From: a virus
DNA length: 64,000 bases
IMG/VR virus record: IMGVR_UViG_3300036851_000218
Location: 17,402 to 81,401 of that record
Direction: 5' to 3' (one strand)
The notes under the pieces were generated by a model. That model was not told the origin of the DNA. It ran no database searches and saw nothing but the letters and a program-made list of their open reading frames with translations. Each line of letters starts with the position of its first letter. Position 1 is the stretch's first letter. The translations under genes and the position numbers were made by a program. Shown one piece after another: positions 19,421 through 30,300 of this stretch.

Positions 19421-20293
19421 CTATTTCAACCCATACAAAGTCATTTGTGAACCCCGTCGCCAATTCGTCGTAGATACCCAACTAATTTGTGTGACTGGAT
19501 GAAAAGTGGCTGCAATACACGCTGCCCAGGCTTGGGACAAATTACGGTTGGCTGTCGTGATTGGGGCTGTACCAATAAAACCTAACTTCCGAGTGTATGG
19601 CATAACACCCGCGTATTTATCGACATCGGCTAATGCATAATTAGGGATAAGACCGTACCCCAACATAGATGAACTAACTTGAAACGTTGTTCCTGCCGCT
19701 GGCGTTATAGCTTCATCTATTAAGGATGATTGTCCAGTAACGCCCGTACCTACAACTGCGGCTGCATCGTAGTTGATACGCCCAACATGGTAATTTGCAG
19801 TCGATACGCCATTTAATCGAAGTCCAGCGGCTACCGACACAGCCGCATCCACTAATCTGGCGGAGAAGGTAAAGAACAGATGTTTGTATGTTTGATCGAT
19901 TCCTGAAATCGATAAAGTAGTGCCACCATCGGCCTCCGCATTGAGAACGCTGTCTAAATACACCCAATCAAGTGATCTATCTTTTTCATAGTATGATATA
20001 GGAGTCCCCGTTGACACCCCATCTGCCACATCATCAACGGGCAAAAATACATTCTCTATCGCTTCTGTGTCGGGGTCGAACCAGTAAAAAGTTGATCCAA
20101 CTGACGGAGCATTGGTTGATCCAGTCTGTTCCTCCCAGGCCGCAATCAGTTCAGCAGGCGTAGGCTCAGTGGATTGATACAGTACAATTGCCTGCGTTGA
20201 CTCATCAATCGGTTGTAATACAGCTAGCAGATTTGAAATATACTCACATTGTTCTGAGTATGTTGATTCCCACGTTTGCGTTAAACAAGCCAT
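19421..20293 (-). CDS. Tail-tip/receptor-binding protein, paralog 5
   Basis: Shared N-terminal module (QSTEPT...W...TG...YWFD) plus C-terminal SGIDQTYKHL...LNG...NY...LYG domain. Confidence 0.65.
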   Translation of the reverse strand: MACLTQTWESTYSEQCEYISNLLAVLQPIDESTQAIVLYQSTEPTPAELIAAWEEQTGSTNAPSVGSTFYWFDPDTEAIENVFLPVDDVADGVSTGTPISYYEKDRSLDWVYLDSVLNAEADGGTTLSISGIDQTYKHLFFTFSARLVDAAVSVAAGLRLNGVSTANYHVGRINYDAAAVVGTGVTGQSSLIDEAITPAAGTTFQVSSSMLGYGLIPNYALADVDKYAGVMPYTRKLGFIGTAPITTANRNLSQAWAACIAATFHPVTQISWVSTTNWRRGSQMTLYGLK

Positions 20294-22026
20294 TATTCTT
20301 TATCCCATCTAGGTGTACCTGGAAACCCATACCAGCTAATTTTAGAACCGCTAACAAAGTTACCGAGCGCCCCTGCCAATGTCAATTCAATTTGGTTGAT
20401 TGGATCAAGGCTGTTACGTACACCAACACCACTGATCGTATTGTAGTTGGTTGAAGTAGCCACCGTACCGGCTACCGCCGCACCTTCGAAAATTGCTTGC
20501 TTCACATTGTCGTTGGATTGAATGGCGGGTATCCAAATCATATAATTACAAGTAGATTGTCCAGCTAATTGGTTGCCAGGAAAAGGAATAATGATTCCGC
20601 CGGATGTACCAGGGGCTATTTCATTTCGAGTTAAGCCAGCACCAGCAGCACGGAAATACAGTGTATGGTAATTTGCAGCCGCGCTGTCGCCATTAAACTT
20701 TAAGAAGGCTTGATTTAAAACAGCGGAAGTTGCGCCAACGGCCTCTACAATAATCAGAATATGTTCTATATCTGAGGGGATTGCCAGACCCGATAAAGAC
20801 ACACCTGCGGTTGTACCTGTCAAGTCATCTTGTTGTAACAGTCGGACATTCCCCGCTGGATCAACATACTGACTAACTTGGTAGACCTTTCCAGTGCTTT
20901 CAAAACCATCAGGAGCGACTGATCGCATAGTGATCGGTCCTGACAATGATGACACTACAACCGTTCCAGTCGAATCAACACTTACATTTTGTGCCTCAGT
21001 TGCGCTGCCGCCTATTCTATTAATCCAAGTACGCGCTGCTTCACTTGAATCATTAGGTACAAGGTAGCTATCTACTGCCTCATACCATACACCTTCATCT
21101 GAACCGTCGGGACGAATTCTGTAATTAGAGAAATAAATCCACTCCCCATCAGGACTCCATGTAGGTCCATGAATACCAGTATTAATTCCAGTTACCGTAC
21201 TCAAAGGAGTTTGATTTGCTCCGTTCGAATCCATAATGTAGATAGTACGATTAACTCCTGTACCCGATAGATAACAAATTTTCGTACCATCAGGAGACAA
21301 CTGCGGTAGACGAGAGGTAGCTCCACCACCTGTAGTCGTCAACCGCGTTCTGCCAGTCCCATCATCATTCATGATGGCAATTTCAAAAGTTACACCGTAT
21401 TCATTTGTCTCATATACTATTCGAGTTCCGCGCCAATGGGGAAAGCTGTCATTAAAAGCATCGTTGGTTAGACGAACAACACCTGTACCATCGACGTTCA
21501 TTTTAGCCAATTCATTTCCGCCGAACTCGCTGGTATTGAACACAATCATTGTACCTGCATCATTCCATGCAGGCTCTTTTCGTATGCCCGTAGAAGGTGT
21601 TAAAGCGGTTTCTTCATTAGCCATCATGTCGGTGACAACAAGTGTGTCGAGTGAGCCCGTCAACAACCGTTGGAAAACAACTTTACGGGTTGTCCAATTC
21701 CAATCGGGATCAGCATCAGTGTATCCGAATACCATCACGTTGGATGCTTGATCTTCAACTGTTCGGAAAACTCCACCAATCTGTAGCCGATCCGTGTCGT
21801 ACCACAAAAACTCTACGGATGTGGGGATAGGCAGGACGTTGCCAACCGCTGCTGCCAGCCACGCCGTTTCAAAATCGTCTTGAACAGGTACAGACGATTG
21901 ACGTAAAGTAATTGGATTTGCCCCACATAACTCATTTATGACAACCTGTAATGCGTCAAAAAAGGCTTCTTGGTCAACAGGAGTTTCACTGTAGTCACAA
22001 ATATCAGGTAGATCACTAAATGCCAT
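20293..22026 (-). CDS. Tail-tip protein, paralog 4, with TolB-like (PD40) beta-propeller
   Basis: Repeats PAWNDAGTMIVF, PHWRGTRIVY, PQLSPDGTKICY, PTWSPDGEWIYF between the shared N- and C-terminal modules. Confidence 0.7.
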   Translation of the reverse strand: MAFSDLPDICDYSETPVDQEAFFDALQVVINELCGANPITLRQSSVPVQDDFETAWLAAAVGNVLPIPTSVEFLWYDTDRLQIGGVFRTVEDQASNVMVFGYTDADPDWNWTTRKVVFQRLLTGSLDTLVVTDMMANEETALTPSTGIRKEPAWNDAGTMIVFNTSEFGGNELAKMNVDGTGVVRLTNDAFNDSFPHWRGTRIVYETNEYGVTFEIAIMNDDGTGRTRLTTTGGGATSRLPQLSPDGTKICYLSGTGVNRTIYIMDSNGANQTPLSTVTGINTGIHGPTWSPDGEWIYFSNYRIRPDGSDEGVWYEAVDSYLVPNDSSEAARTWINRIGGSATEAQNVSVDSTGTVVVSSLSGPITMRSVAPDGFESTGKVYQVSQYVDPAGNVRLLQQDDLTGTTAGVSLSGLAIPSDIEHILIIVEAVGATSAVLNQAFLKFNGDSAAANYHTLYFRAAGAGLTRNEIAPGTSGGIIIPFPGNQLAGQSTCNYMIWIPAIQSNDNVKQAIFEGAAVAGTVATSTNYNTISGVGVRNSLDPINQIELTLAGALGNFVSGSKISWYGFPGTPRWDKE

Positions 22027-23036
22027 TATACCAACTCCCCTGTCAACCCTTTAAATAAACCATATACCCACACCGCGCTGTCTAAATTATAACCGCCTGA
22101 ATCTCTACCAACACGAGGCATATCTTCGCGCATAGGGTACTCATCCGATTTCTGACTAGCCGCTTGTTGTAGAAACAGGTTGTTAGCAGCGAAGGTTGCA
22201 CCGAGCGACGATCCAATATGTAATCCACCAGGGGCAAGTGACACATCCGTAGGCGTATGGACACCACCACTGGTTGTAGTTGCCAATCCATAGCGGTGTA
22301 AAAAGATAACACCTTCACTAAATGCACCCGAATATGCAGATGATAAAGTAATATTAGTAGCAATAGCAGATTTCTCAGTGTCGTCATTGACACCCAAATT
22401 GGTAGCGGCATTTGTGACTTCAACATAAAAAGCCTTTTGAGCCGCAATAGAATAGTCTTCTTGCCAATCGTCGATGGGGGCAGTAGATCGAAAGAACAGG
22501 GTTAGATCGCCTGCACTTGTATCAAGCACTCTGATTTTATACATAATCATAAATGATTGTAAACCGAGTTGCGCCCATCGGTATAATTGATTCTTATTAA
22601 ATATTAATGCGACAAAGTTCTTTGATAGATCAACTGGAACAATAGAAATGCTTTCACCGGATAGAGGATGAGTATGGAGATTGGCCTTCCCCAATAATCG
22701 AATTGAAGGACGATCCCAATCGGTATCCAAATACGGGTACACTGTACCACTGGATGCCTGACCCGCTACTAAGTCATTAGTGGTGACAAAGGATTTTGCA
22801 TCCCCCTTAGACCAATCCACCCATATTAACTTTGTGCCAACGGGTATGGGCAATCCCAATCCAGTTTGAGATACGAAAGCCGTCTCCCATTCGCTTTGAG
22901 TCGGTTCAAGTATTTGTCGCAGGAACACCGCTTGTTTCCTGGCCTGTATATTTTGTACACGTTCGAGTAACAGTTTTGCAAATGATCTTTGTTCGATATA
23001 ATTTATAGGCCACTGAGTATCGTATATATCTGCCAT
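22026..23036 (-). CDS. Tail-tip protein, paralog 3
   Basis: RQILEPTQSEWETAFVSQTGLGLPIP module; start placed at the TAATG overlap. Confidence 0.65.
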   Translation of the reverse strand: MADIYDTQWPINYIEQRSFAKLLLERVQNIQARKQAVFLRQILEPTQSEWETAFVSQTGLGLPIPVGTKLIWVDWSKGDAKSFVTTNDLVAGQASSGTVYPYLDTDWDRPSIRLLGKANLHTHPLSGESISIVPVDLSKNFVALIFNKNQLYRWAQLGLQSFMIMYKIRVLDTSAGDLTLFFRSTAPIDDWQEDYSIAAQKAFYVEVTNAATNLGVNDDTEKSAIATNITLSSAYSGAFSEGVIFLHRYGLATTTSGGVHTPTDVSLAPGGLHIGSSLGATFAANNLFLQQAASQKSDEYPMREDMPRVGRDSGGYNLDSAVWVYGLFKGLTGELV

Positions 23037-23797
23037 TATTGCACCATTGCTCGAATTGCGAAAGAAGTGACATTGTTCGCCCCGCCCCAAGCTAAGGTGG
23101 GGGCAGTTCCAGGCGCACCAGCAACTCCGAGTAAAGGTTTAACGGTATGAATACCGGCTGGCATATCTTCCAGAACATAGGATACGCTCTGTAAATTTGT
23201 GATAGGTAGGTTTTCAACCAACCCACCATTGGGGGGAACAGCTTGATACTGACTTCCTAGTTTTACGCCATCTAACATAAAGTCAACACCTGACGCAACA
23301 TTGGTGGTCGTCATAACAAAATTAAAATCTATAAACAGGGTGCAAATCACATCAGTAGTGAAGGTAATCTCAGGCAAGAACGCACCATTGCCCATCAAAC
23401 TAGCTGAGGACGAACGTGCTGTGGCATCATACTCAACATCCGATACAAGGATTGTACCAGGGACATACTCAGCAGTTCGAGACTCAACGGTTGCACTACC
23501 TGTAATCGTTCCGTACTGCCCACCTAATTGACTGTTAGTTGTGTCATACCACAACAGGGTAGCACTAGCAGGTATAGGAAGTGCGAATCCCGTCTGGACA
23601 GTGTAAGCTGCCTCCCATTGACCTTGCGTGGGTTCAGTCGCCTGAGATAGTATGACAACGGAACTCAAGTTCGCCTCAACATACTCGCGCAGTTCATTTA
23701 ATTTGTCCTGCATGGTTTGAATGAATATTTGTTGGTCGAAACAATCGTCAGGCCAAACACCTAAGTCAGTGAAATCAAGAATTGAACATGAAGCCAT
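23036..23797 (-). CDS. Tail-tip protein, paralog 2
   Basis: SQATEPTQGQWEAAYTVQTGFALPIP...LLWYDT module. Confidence 0.65.
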   Translation of the reverse strand: MASCSILDFTDLGVWPDDCFDQQIFIQTMQDKLNELREYVEANLSSVVILSQATEPTQGQWEAAYTVQTGFALPIPASATLLWYDTTNSQLGGQYGTITGSATVESRTAEYVPGTILVSDVEYDATARSSSASLMGNGAFLPEITFTTDVICTLFIDFNFVMTTTNVASGVDFMLDGVKLGSQYQAVPPNGGLVENLPITNLQSVSYVLEDMPAGIHTVKPLLGVAGAPGTAPTLAWGGANNVTSFAIRAMVQ

Positions 23798-24618
23798 TAT
23801 TGTGCTACCTCTAAAGTATAAAAGCCATAAACTAGGCTAGTGAAATGGGAAGGTCTTAATCCAGCAGAAGCGGACAGAGACGCTTGATAATTTAAACCGC
23901 GTACACCCCCACCTGCACCGCCAGGAGAGAACATGCTAACTCTAAGCTGTAGTGTTGATGGGCCTGTCAAAGTTACGGGATGCGTGTGCCGGATGTACTG
24001 AGGTATCCAGTTGGTGGCAAATGTCCCACCTGAAAATTCTCCGTAGCCGTCGGTATTTGCGGCTGTACCAAATTGAGTGTGATGATAATTCTGAGTAACT
24101 ACGCTGCCTAAGACTGAGTACGACCAACGAATGGCGGCTGCGCTATAAAAAGATAAATAGAACCTTAGTCGGGAAGGGATGCTATCTAATAGAGTTCCAT
24201 TTGAAGGGATGAAAGTTGCAATTGTGTCAGCAAAGTTTGAACCAAGCGCCGTGTTTTCATTAGTGATTGCTAAAAAAGGTACTATTGAGTATATTGTTCC
24301 AGGCTGACGAGTGTAAGTGACGGGTACAACCACTCCACTGATAACTGTAAAGCTACCACCAAACCTAGCATTGCTAGTATCGTACCACAACAAACTTGCT
24401 CCGTCTGTAATAGGTAATGTCTTACCTTGACGCAACCACTCCGATTCCCAAAACCCTTGACCTGGAATTGATGGGCTGTAGATTATAATTTGTGGACGGA
24501 TGTTGTCATTAATATCTGTTTGTAAATCAGATATAACTTCCAGATTGTCCGCCATTAACTCCGGTTGTTCATCACAATCGCATGACCAATCTAATACAAT
24601 GGGTGTTTCAATTGCCAT
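23797..24618 (-). CDS. Tail-tip protein, paralog 1
   Basis: PGQGFWESEW...LPITDGASLLWYDT...GG module. Confidence 0.65.
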   Translation of the reverse strand: MAIETPIVLDWSCDCDEQPELMADNLEVISDLQTDINDNIRPQIIIYSPSIPGQGFWESEWLRQGKTLPITDGASLLWYDTSNARFGGSFTVISGVVVPVTYTRQPGTIYSIVPFLAITNENTALGSNFADTIATFIPSNGTLLDSIPSRLRFYLSFYSAAAIRWSYSVLGSVVTQNYHHTQFGTAANTDGYGEFSGGTFATNWIPQYIRHTHPVTLTGPSTLQLRVSMFSPGGAGGGVRGLNYQASLSASAGLRPSHFTSLVYGFYTLEVAQ

Positions 24619-24621
24619 ATT

Positions 24622-26217
24622 TTATATCCACACAATATGGGTAGTCAAGGTTGCACTATAGGCATTGACCCACCCTACGTTTTTTAAGCCGATTTTCATA
24701 ACTGCATCCCCGCCAAAGACAGGATCACTAACTATCTCAGCAATAACTGTCCCGTCAGGTGATGTTCCGTAGGATGCCCCCACTAAATAAACATTAGTTG
24801 CACCCACTGGCGCAGCAGGAAGGTCTATCGTTACTTGCCGAGCCGTTAAACCATTGCTGAGTTCGTCGTCCGCACCCCCACCCGACACATTCGTAACAAT
24901 TGTAGCAAATACAGGTGTAAATGCAGGGGCATAAACCGCACCTGCGGGTGGAGATTCTCGTTTTGTTTCGTCGTACACACTAACAAACAAATCTTCTTGT
25001 TCTACTAAGGTCGCTCCATCTATTAGATCAAATTCCCAAACAGTTTTATCACCTGAAAAGTCAACCGATAAAGCCGTAACTCGAATATCATCATCTATAG
25101 AAGACTCAACAAATTCTACTTCGTCGGTAAACGGATCAATAATTGGTTGGCGATAAGTTGCATGAACGAATACGGTGTCTCCGACATCAACATATAGATT
25201 ATCCCCAATTGCAGACACCGACACTTCTCGAACATTACTAGAATGGTCTTGAAGGAAAGCCACACCCCGCTGGTACAAAGATAGGGCAGCAGCATTGATA
25301 GCTGCTAAAGTTGCATTCCCCGATTCTTTGGGGGGTGTATATTGCGTGTAACGTTCAACAGATTGAGAACCCTCTAAAGCTGACACCGAGTTATTATGGA
25401 TATAATATACATAATTGGCTATTTCGGTAACGATGGGGAAATCAGGATCAGCCGACAATGCGGGGTTCGCCACCAGTGAATCCCTCAAAGTGATAGCGCG
25501 GGTTACGCCCAAGTTGTCTTGGACATCTCCACCAATAACTTCAACTGCATTAATAATATCCGTCAAAGTAACACTTTGGTTTATATCAATGATAGCTCCG
25601 TCGCTCTCTAAGAACTCTTGTACTAACTCCCCATCCGGCGGACGGTGAAGTTCGATACCACTCAGTTCTGAAAATGAGCCAACATCGATAGAATGTTTAC
25701 CTGCAACAAAGCCCCCATAACGGAAGAATACACCTGGGATGCCCTCTATTAAAGTTACAATCTGAGGGAGAAGTCGCTTTTCGGAACGTAGGTCAATCGT
25801 CGTAACTTGAGTAGGATTTTCCAGGGTGTTTATTTTATTTAAACGCCATCCAGCCCGTCGTAACAATTCGCCCAAAATAAGCAGAAGTTCCTTACTCTCG
25901 TAGTAGGCTTGGCTGTAAGCCCTGACAGAGTATAGGTCATCCAATCGACCTCTTCCTTGCAAACTCAAAACCAATTCGTTCTTACTCCATTTTTCTGAAA
26001 ACTGTTGTAAGACTCCTTCAATCAGCAATTCATTATTGTAATAAATTTCAACATTATTGCCTTCGGCTACGCCTTGAACAGCAAGAACATTTTTAGGAAA
26101 CGACCCACTCCACGATGAACTTTGATTTAAAGTCCACTTTATATTAGCCGACAAAGCGGGAGTGTCGGCTATTACGGTGTCTGTATCAACATCTATAAAT
26201 CTAAATCTAACACTCAT
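24622..26217 (-). CDS. Baseplate hub / Tal-like minor tail protein
   Basis: Second gene after the tape measure; W.LN..S N-terminus and VDVGDTVFV..IRV motif of siphovirus hub proteins. Confidence 0.65.
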   Translation of the reverse strand: MSVRFRFIDVDTDTVIADTPALSANIKWTLNQSSSWSGSFPKNVLAVQGVAEGNNVEIYYNNELLIEGVLQQFSEKWSKNELVLSLQGRGRLDDLYSVRAYSQAYYESKELLLILGELLRRAGWRLNKINTLENPTQVTTIDLRSEKRLLPQIVTLIEGIPGVFFRYGGFVAGKHSIDVGSFSELSGIELHRPPDGELVQEFLESDGAIIDINQSVTLTDIINAVEVIGGDVQDNLGVTRAITLRDSLVANPALSADPDFPIVTEIANYVYYIHNNSVSALEGSQSVERYTQYTPPKESGNATLAAINAAALSLYQRGVAFLQDHSSNVREVSVSAIGDNLYVDVGDTVFVHATYRQPIIDPFTDEVEFVESSIDDDIRVTALSVDFSGDKTVWEFDLIDGATLVEQEDLFVSVYDETKRESPPAGAVYAPAFTPVFATIVTNVSGGGADDELSNGLTARQVTIDLPAAPVGATNVYLVGASYGTSPDGTVIAEIVSDPVFGGDAVMKIGLKNVGWVNAYSATLTTHIVWI

Positions 26218-27365
26218 TAGTACAACCCAAAATCATGCAGATAAGCGGCTTCATAATTTAAATCATCAGACAGATATTCTATCTTATTGTAACCACGACC
26301 TGTCTCTCCTGGATACGCACCAGGGTAGCTCCATCGAGGTCTTACGCCAGAAAGGATTTCACCGCCTCGTATGACGAAGCCAGGGAAAGGTGAAGCATAG
26401 CCTGTTACTATCTGGTCAGTTGTCAACAGACCCCCCAAACCTCCATTTATTAAATCTGTATTTAACTGTGCAAGGTCTAAGGTGCTTTCATCGACAAGGT
26501 TTGATTGACTAAAATAGTTATAATTTCTCGTAACTCGCAGGGTGATAGTTCCGGTGAGGTTACTAAAATTTGTGAAGGAGTACACACTATTTGGACTTGC
26601 GCTCCATCTTTCGGGATCGGAATTAAAACTATGTTCTCCAATGGAAACGTAGTCTGACCCAATGCCACCCATTCGTCCATTTGTATATTTCAACCCCCAA
26701 TACGACGGATCGTACTTTGATAATGTTACCCCCCAACGAAAGAAGTAACCCTTACGGTGTAACTCACTCAATCTGTTTGGCAAAATAAATGTATTACTGA
26801 TCGATCCACTTCGGAGTGTAGGAGACAACGGATTGACAATTTTATCTTTTCGATACTCCCACTCCCAAGAATTTAGTGCTTTCCATTTTGTTCCAAGTAC
26901 CATTGATATAGATACAGGGAAAGTTGACGCTGACCAGGGTTTCTTTGAACTATGATATGAGCTATCTTGTGGTAGCTTTGTTATTATACCATAATTTACG
27001 ATCCAGTCAAGAGTGGTATTACAAGCAGAACAACAAGACCCTTCGGGTACATGCTCACATTCTTCATAATGAAACCCAATAACAGGTGTTAGCGGAATAC
27101 CACCCATTGACAGCAAACGATTAAATAGTGCCTGTGCGGATATTTGATCTTCGTCACAAACAAACATACCTTTTAATTCTAATTTTTGTGACTCACTCAA
27201 AGGGCGACCCAAATCGGAGAACAGATGTTCACCAGATGTTTGTGTGAATTCAGTAGTTGGCGCTTTCCACTCACGATTAGCATCCAGACTAACTTCGCCG
27301 CTATCAAAATTTCTAAGATTAAAGAATAGAGGTAAATCCCCTATCTGATAAATCATCAAACCCAT
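26217..27365 (-). CDS. Distal tail (Dit-like) protein
   Basis: Immediately follows the tape measure; call by synteny only. Confidence 0.5.
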   Translation of the reverse strand: MGLMIYQIGDLPLFFNLRNFDSGEVSLDANREWKAPTTEFTQTSGEHLFSDLGRPLSESQKLELKGMFVCDEDQISAQALFNRLLSMGGIPLTPVIGFHYEECEHVPEGSCCSACNTTLDWIVNYGIITKLPQDSSYHSSKKPWSASTFPVSISMVLGTKWKALNSWEWEYRKDKIVNPLSPTLRSGSISNTFILPNRLSELHRKGYFFRWGVTLSKYDPSYWGLKYTNGRMGGIGSDYVSIGEHSFNSDPERWSASPNSVYSFTNFSNLTGTITLRVTRNYNYFSQSNLVDESTLDLAQLNTDLINGGLGGLLTTDQIVTGYASPFPGFVIRGGEILSGVRPRWSYPGAYPGETGRGYNKIEYLSDDLNYEAAYLHDFGLY

Positions 27366-30300
27366 TTAACTTCTCCCCGATGTGCGTAAACGTTCACGTA
27401 TTTTAATGTCTCGGTTGCTTTGTTCTTCACGAACTAGGTCACGAACTTGTGCAGCCAGAACTTCGCCTGGAAGATTGTTACCTTGAATGGTTATGTTAAT
27501 ATCGCCCTCTTGTATGCTGAATGAATTGCTTCCACTGCCAATTGCTCCATTTGGAACATTTTGTGTGGCTGGAATACCGCCGAAAGTTGGAATACCAGCG
27601 GTTGGTAATGCAGGACGAACCGCACCCCCACCAGGAGATAGTAAGAAAGCGCGTCCATTTTGGAATAGAATTTCTGGTTCGTTCTTTTCCAAAATTTCAA
27701 AGATGCCTGGGAAGACAGGTCCGCCCTCAGCGAGTCCGCCAGCAACACCAGTACCACTGCCGCCTCCTACATCCGATGCGCCGACTGTTGCCAGCTTGCC
27801 CAACACTTCATCCAGTATCACCCTCAAACCTTTTAGTTTGCCGATGACGACTTCCAGACTACGTGCAATCGATGTGCTGCTGTTCATAAAAGCAGTCTGT
27901 AGCAGAACCAGTTGGGCGCTGACTAAAGGATTTATCAACGTTAACGTTGACAGAATTGCACGTAATCCGTCCGGTATCCGACGCAAGCCACCGTTAATGG
28001 TGTTAAGCGAGTTTGTCAGGAAATCGTTTAAGGTTGTCCAGACGGTTTGTATATTAGTAGTTTCAGTTGTGAATGTGCCAGATGTAGTTGTGACAGTCGT
28101 GCTTAATAAATTCAAATTAGTGATGTTGTCATTAATCTTGGTAGCGAATTCATCAAAGGATGTCTTAGCGATTAAAATATTATCATTCAAAGTTTGGAAG
28201 TTTAGAACAAGCGCATCAACGTCCTCTTCGCTTTCAATGCCCACAAAGGTAGGAGCAAGTGGAATTTCAGGGGTGATGGGTTCACTCCCGCCTGCCCCCG
28301 CAATAGCTTCTTCTGCCTTCGTAATAAAGTCATCCTTAGTTTGCGTTGGGTCAGAGAAGATCAAGAACGGGCTGACAGGGACAGTCGGAGTTAGAGGAGC
28401 TTGTTCAGGGCCGAGTATAGCTGCTTCAAGTCCAGAAGTGAAGTCTGCACCACCGCCTTTATTTCCTGGAACGATTTCAACATCGGGGTCAACAATTAAT
28501 GTTTGATCCTGTAGAGCCGCACCCTCATCTACCAATGCTTGATACTTGGCAACAATATCGTTAATTTGCTTGATAGCTGCTTCACGTTGTTCTGCCGATA
28601 GTTGTCCTTCACCACCAAGCGGCAACAAGTTTAAGATGTTAAGGGCTTCATCACTTGGCAGCGTACCCGCTTGCACTTCGGTGACAATAGCCCCGATGAT
28701 AGCGTTGGCTTGGTCTTGCGTTATAATCCGCTGATCGCCTGGGGCAGCTAACAACGCACCGATTTCAGTAAAGAAACGGTTCTTCAATTCTTGATCGCCG
28801 GACAAAACAATGTTCTTAGCAAAATCGTCAACCGAGCCGGACAGGTCAAGTTGACCTAAGACTTTTCCAAACTCGGTTGTATCAATGAATTGCGTTTCGT
28901 CTACTAAGGACGTTTGTAAAGCCGATAAAATCAAGCCTGCGTTTTTACGAGAGAACCGATCCAAATCATCCTGGGAGATGGTTGAGTCACCGACGGCTGC
29001 ACTCAGGTTATCAATACTAAAGGTCTTTGGATCAAATACGGCTGCGGCTTTGAAGAATGGATCATCTTCGGGGTTAGTGCTGCCGATAGTGCGGATACGT
29101 GCGGCTGCATCCGACACTGCAAGTTCGATGTCAGCCCCTAAGATATTCAATTTCAATCCCAAGTCGTTAAATACTTGCGTAAAGAAGGTTGACAGGCTTT
29201 GGCCTACCGCGATAAAGGACGATTTAACTGTGAACACAAGTTGTCCCAGGATTAGTATAAATTCATCTTTGGTTTTACCTGCAATCTCAGTAATGCCGAA
29301 GAACTCAGCAATGGTAAACACTGCGTCTAATACTGTTGACCCAATGAAATCAATGATACTTGAGAATATCCCGCCTAGACTGTCGAAGGTGGCAGTCAAA
29401 TCCAGAGAGATGATCGATCCAATAAGCGAAATGATATTAAAGAATACATCAAACAACTTATCTGCATTGTTAATAGCAGATGCGATTGCCAGTAAGATAA
29501 TTCCAATCGGAACAACTGTACCTGCTAAGAATTTAGCAAAGCTGCCAAGTGCTGTAGCTAATACCGTTACTTTACTAGCCAGCGCACCCGCACCTGCGGC
29601 TGCTGCTCCGCCTCCCACTCCTGCCAACGTACCGATAAAACTGACAACTGTACCAATGCCTGCTAATATAGCTTGACCATTGTACAGAGCTAGTGCAACA
29701 GCTATCGCTGTGAACACTACTGCAATCTTATCTTTCTTCTCCTGTGGCAGTTCAGCGAAAGATTGTACCGCTTTTATGAACAGAATTACGGGGGAGAATA
29801 TGATTGTGCCAATTACCGAAATGAACGGTGTGGCAATCTGTATAACTCGATCAATAGTGTCTCGAATGCCTTCAATTACGCCTTTGACACCGTTAATAAA
29901 GTTAATAATTCCATTGCCCACATTCACCAGTAATGTGTCAACACCACCAGCTAGTTTCTCAACAGTGGATCGAACATCGGCTTCGGTTTGTCCAAAGATT
30001 GTATCGATACCAAACAACCCTAATATGTCAAAAGTGATACCCGTTGCAACAGATAACCCGAAATCTACCAGTTTGCCAGCCGCCGATGCAACATCCAAAT
30101 CAAGCAATGAGTCGATTGCATCCACTAAAATAGCGCCGTTTTCAGCTATGTTTTTAATGGTTAATACAATTGAAGCCAGCCCACCAAATCGTAGCAGGGA
30201 AGATACAACACTGCTTATGCCTGCGGCTACCGCCGGATTGAGTAGAACCAGTGTCCCACCAATACCTGCAATTGCAGCAGCAATAATACCGATCTTATTA

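Noticed and set aside
19421-24618. Diversity-generating retroelement or shufflon acting on the tail-tip genes
   Set aside because: No reverse transcriptase or invertase seen; paralogy is visible only at protein level, with no near-identical TR/VR pair noticed.
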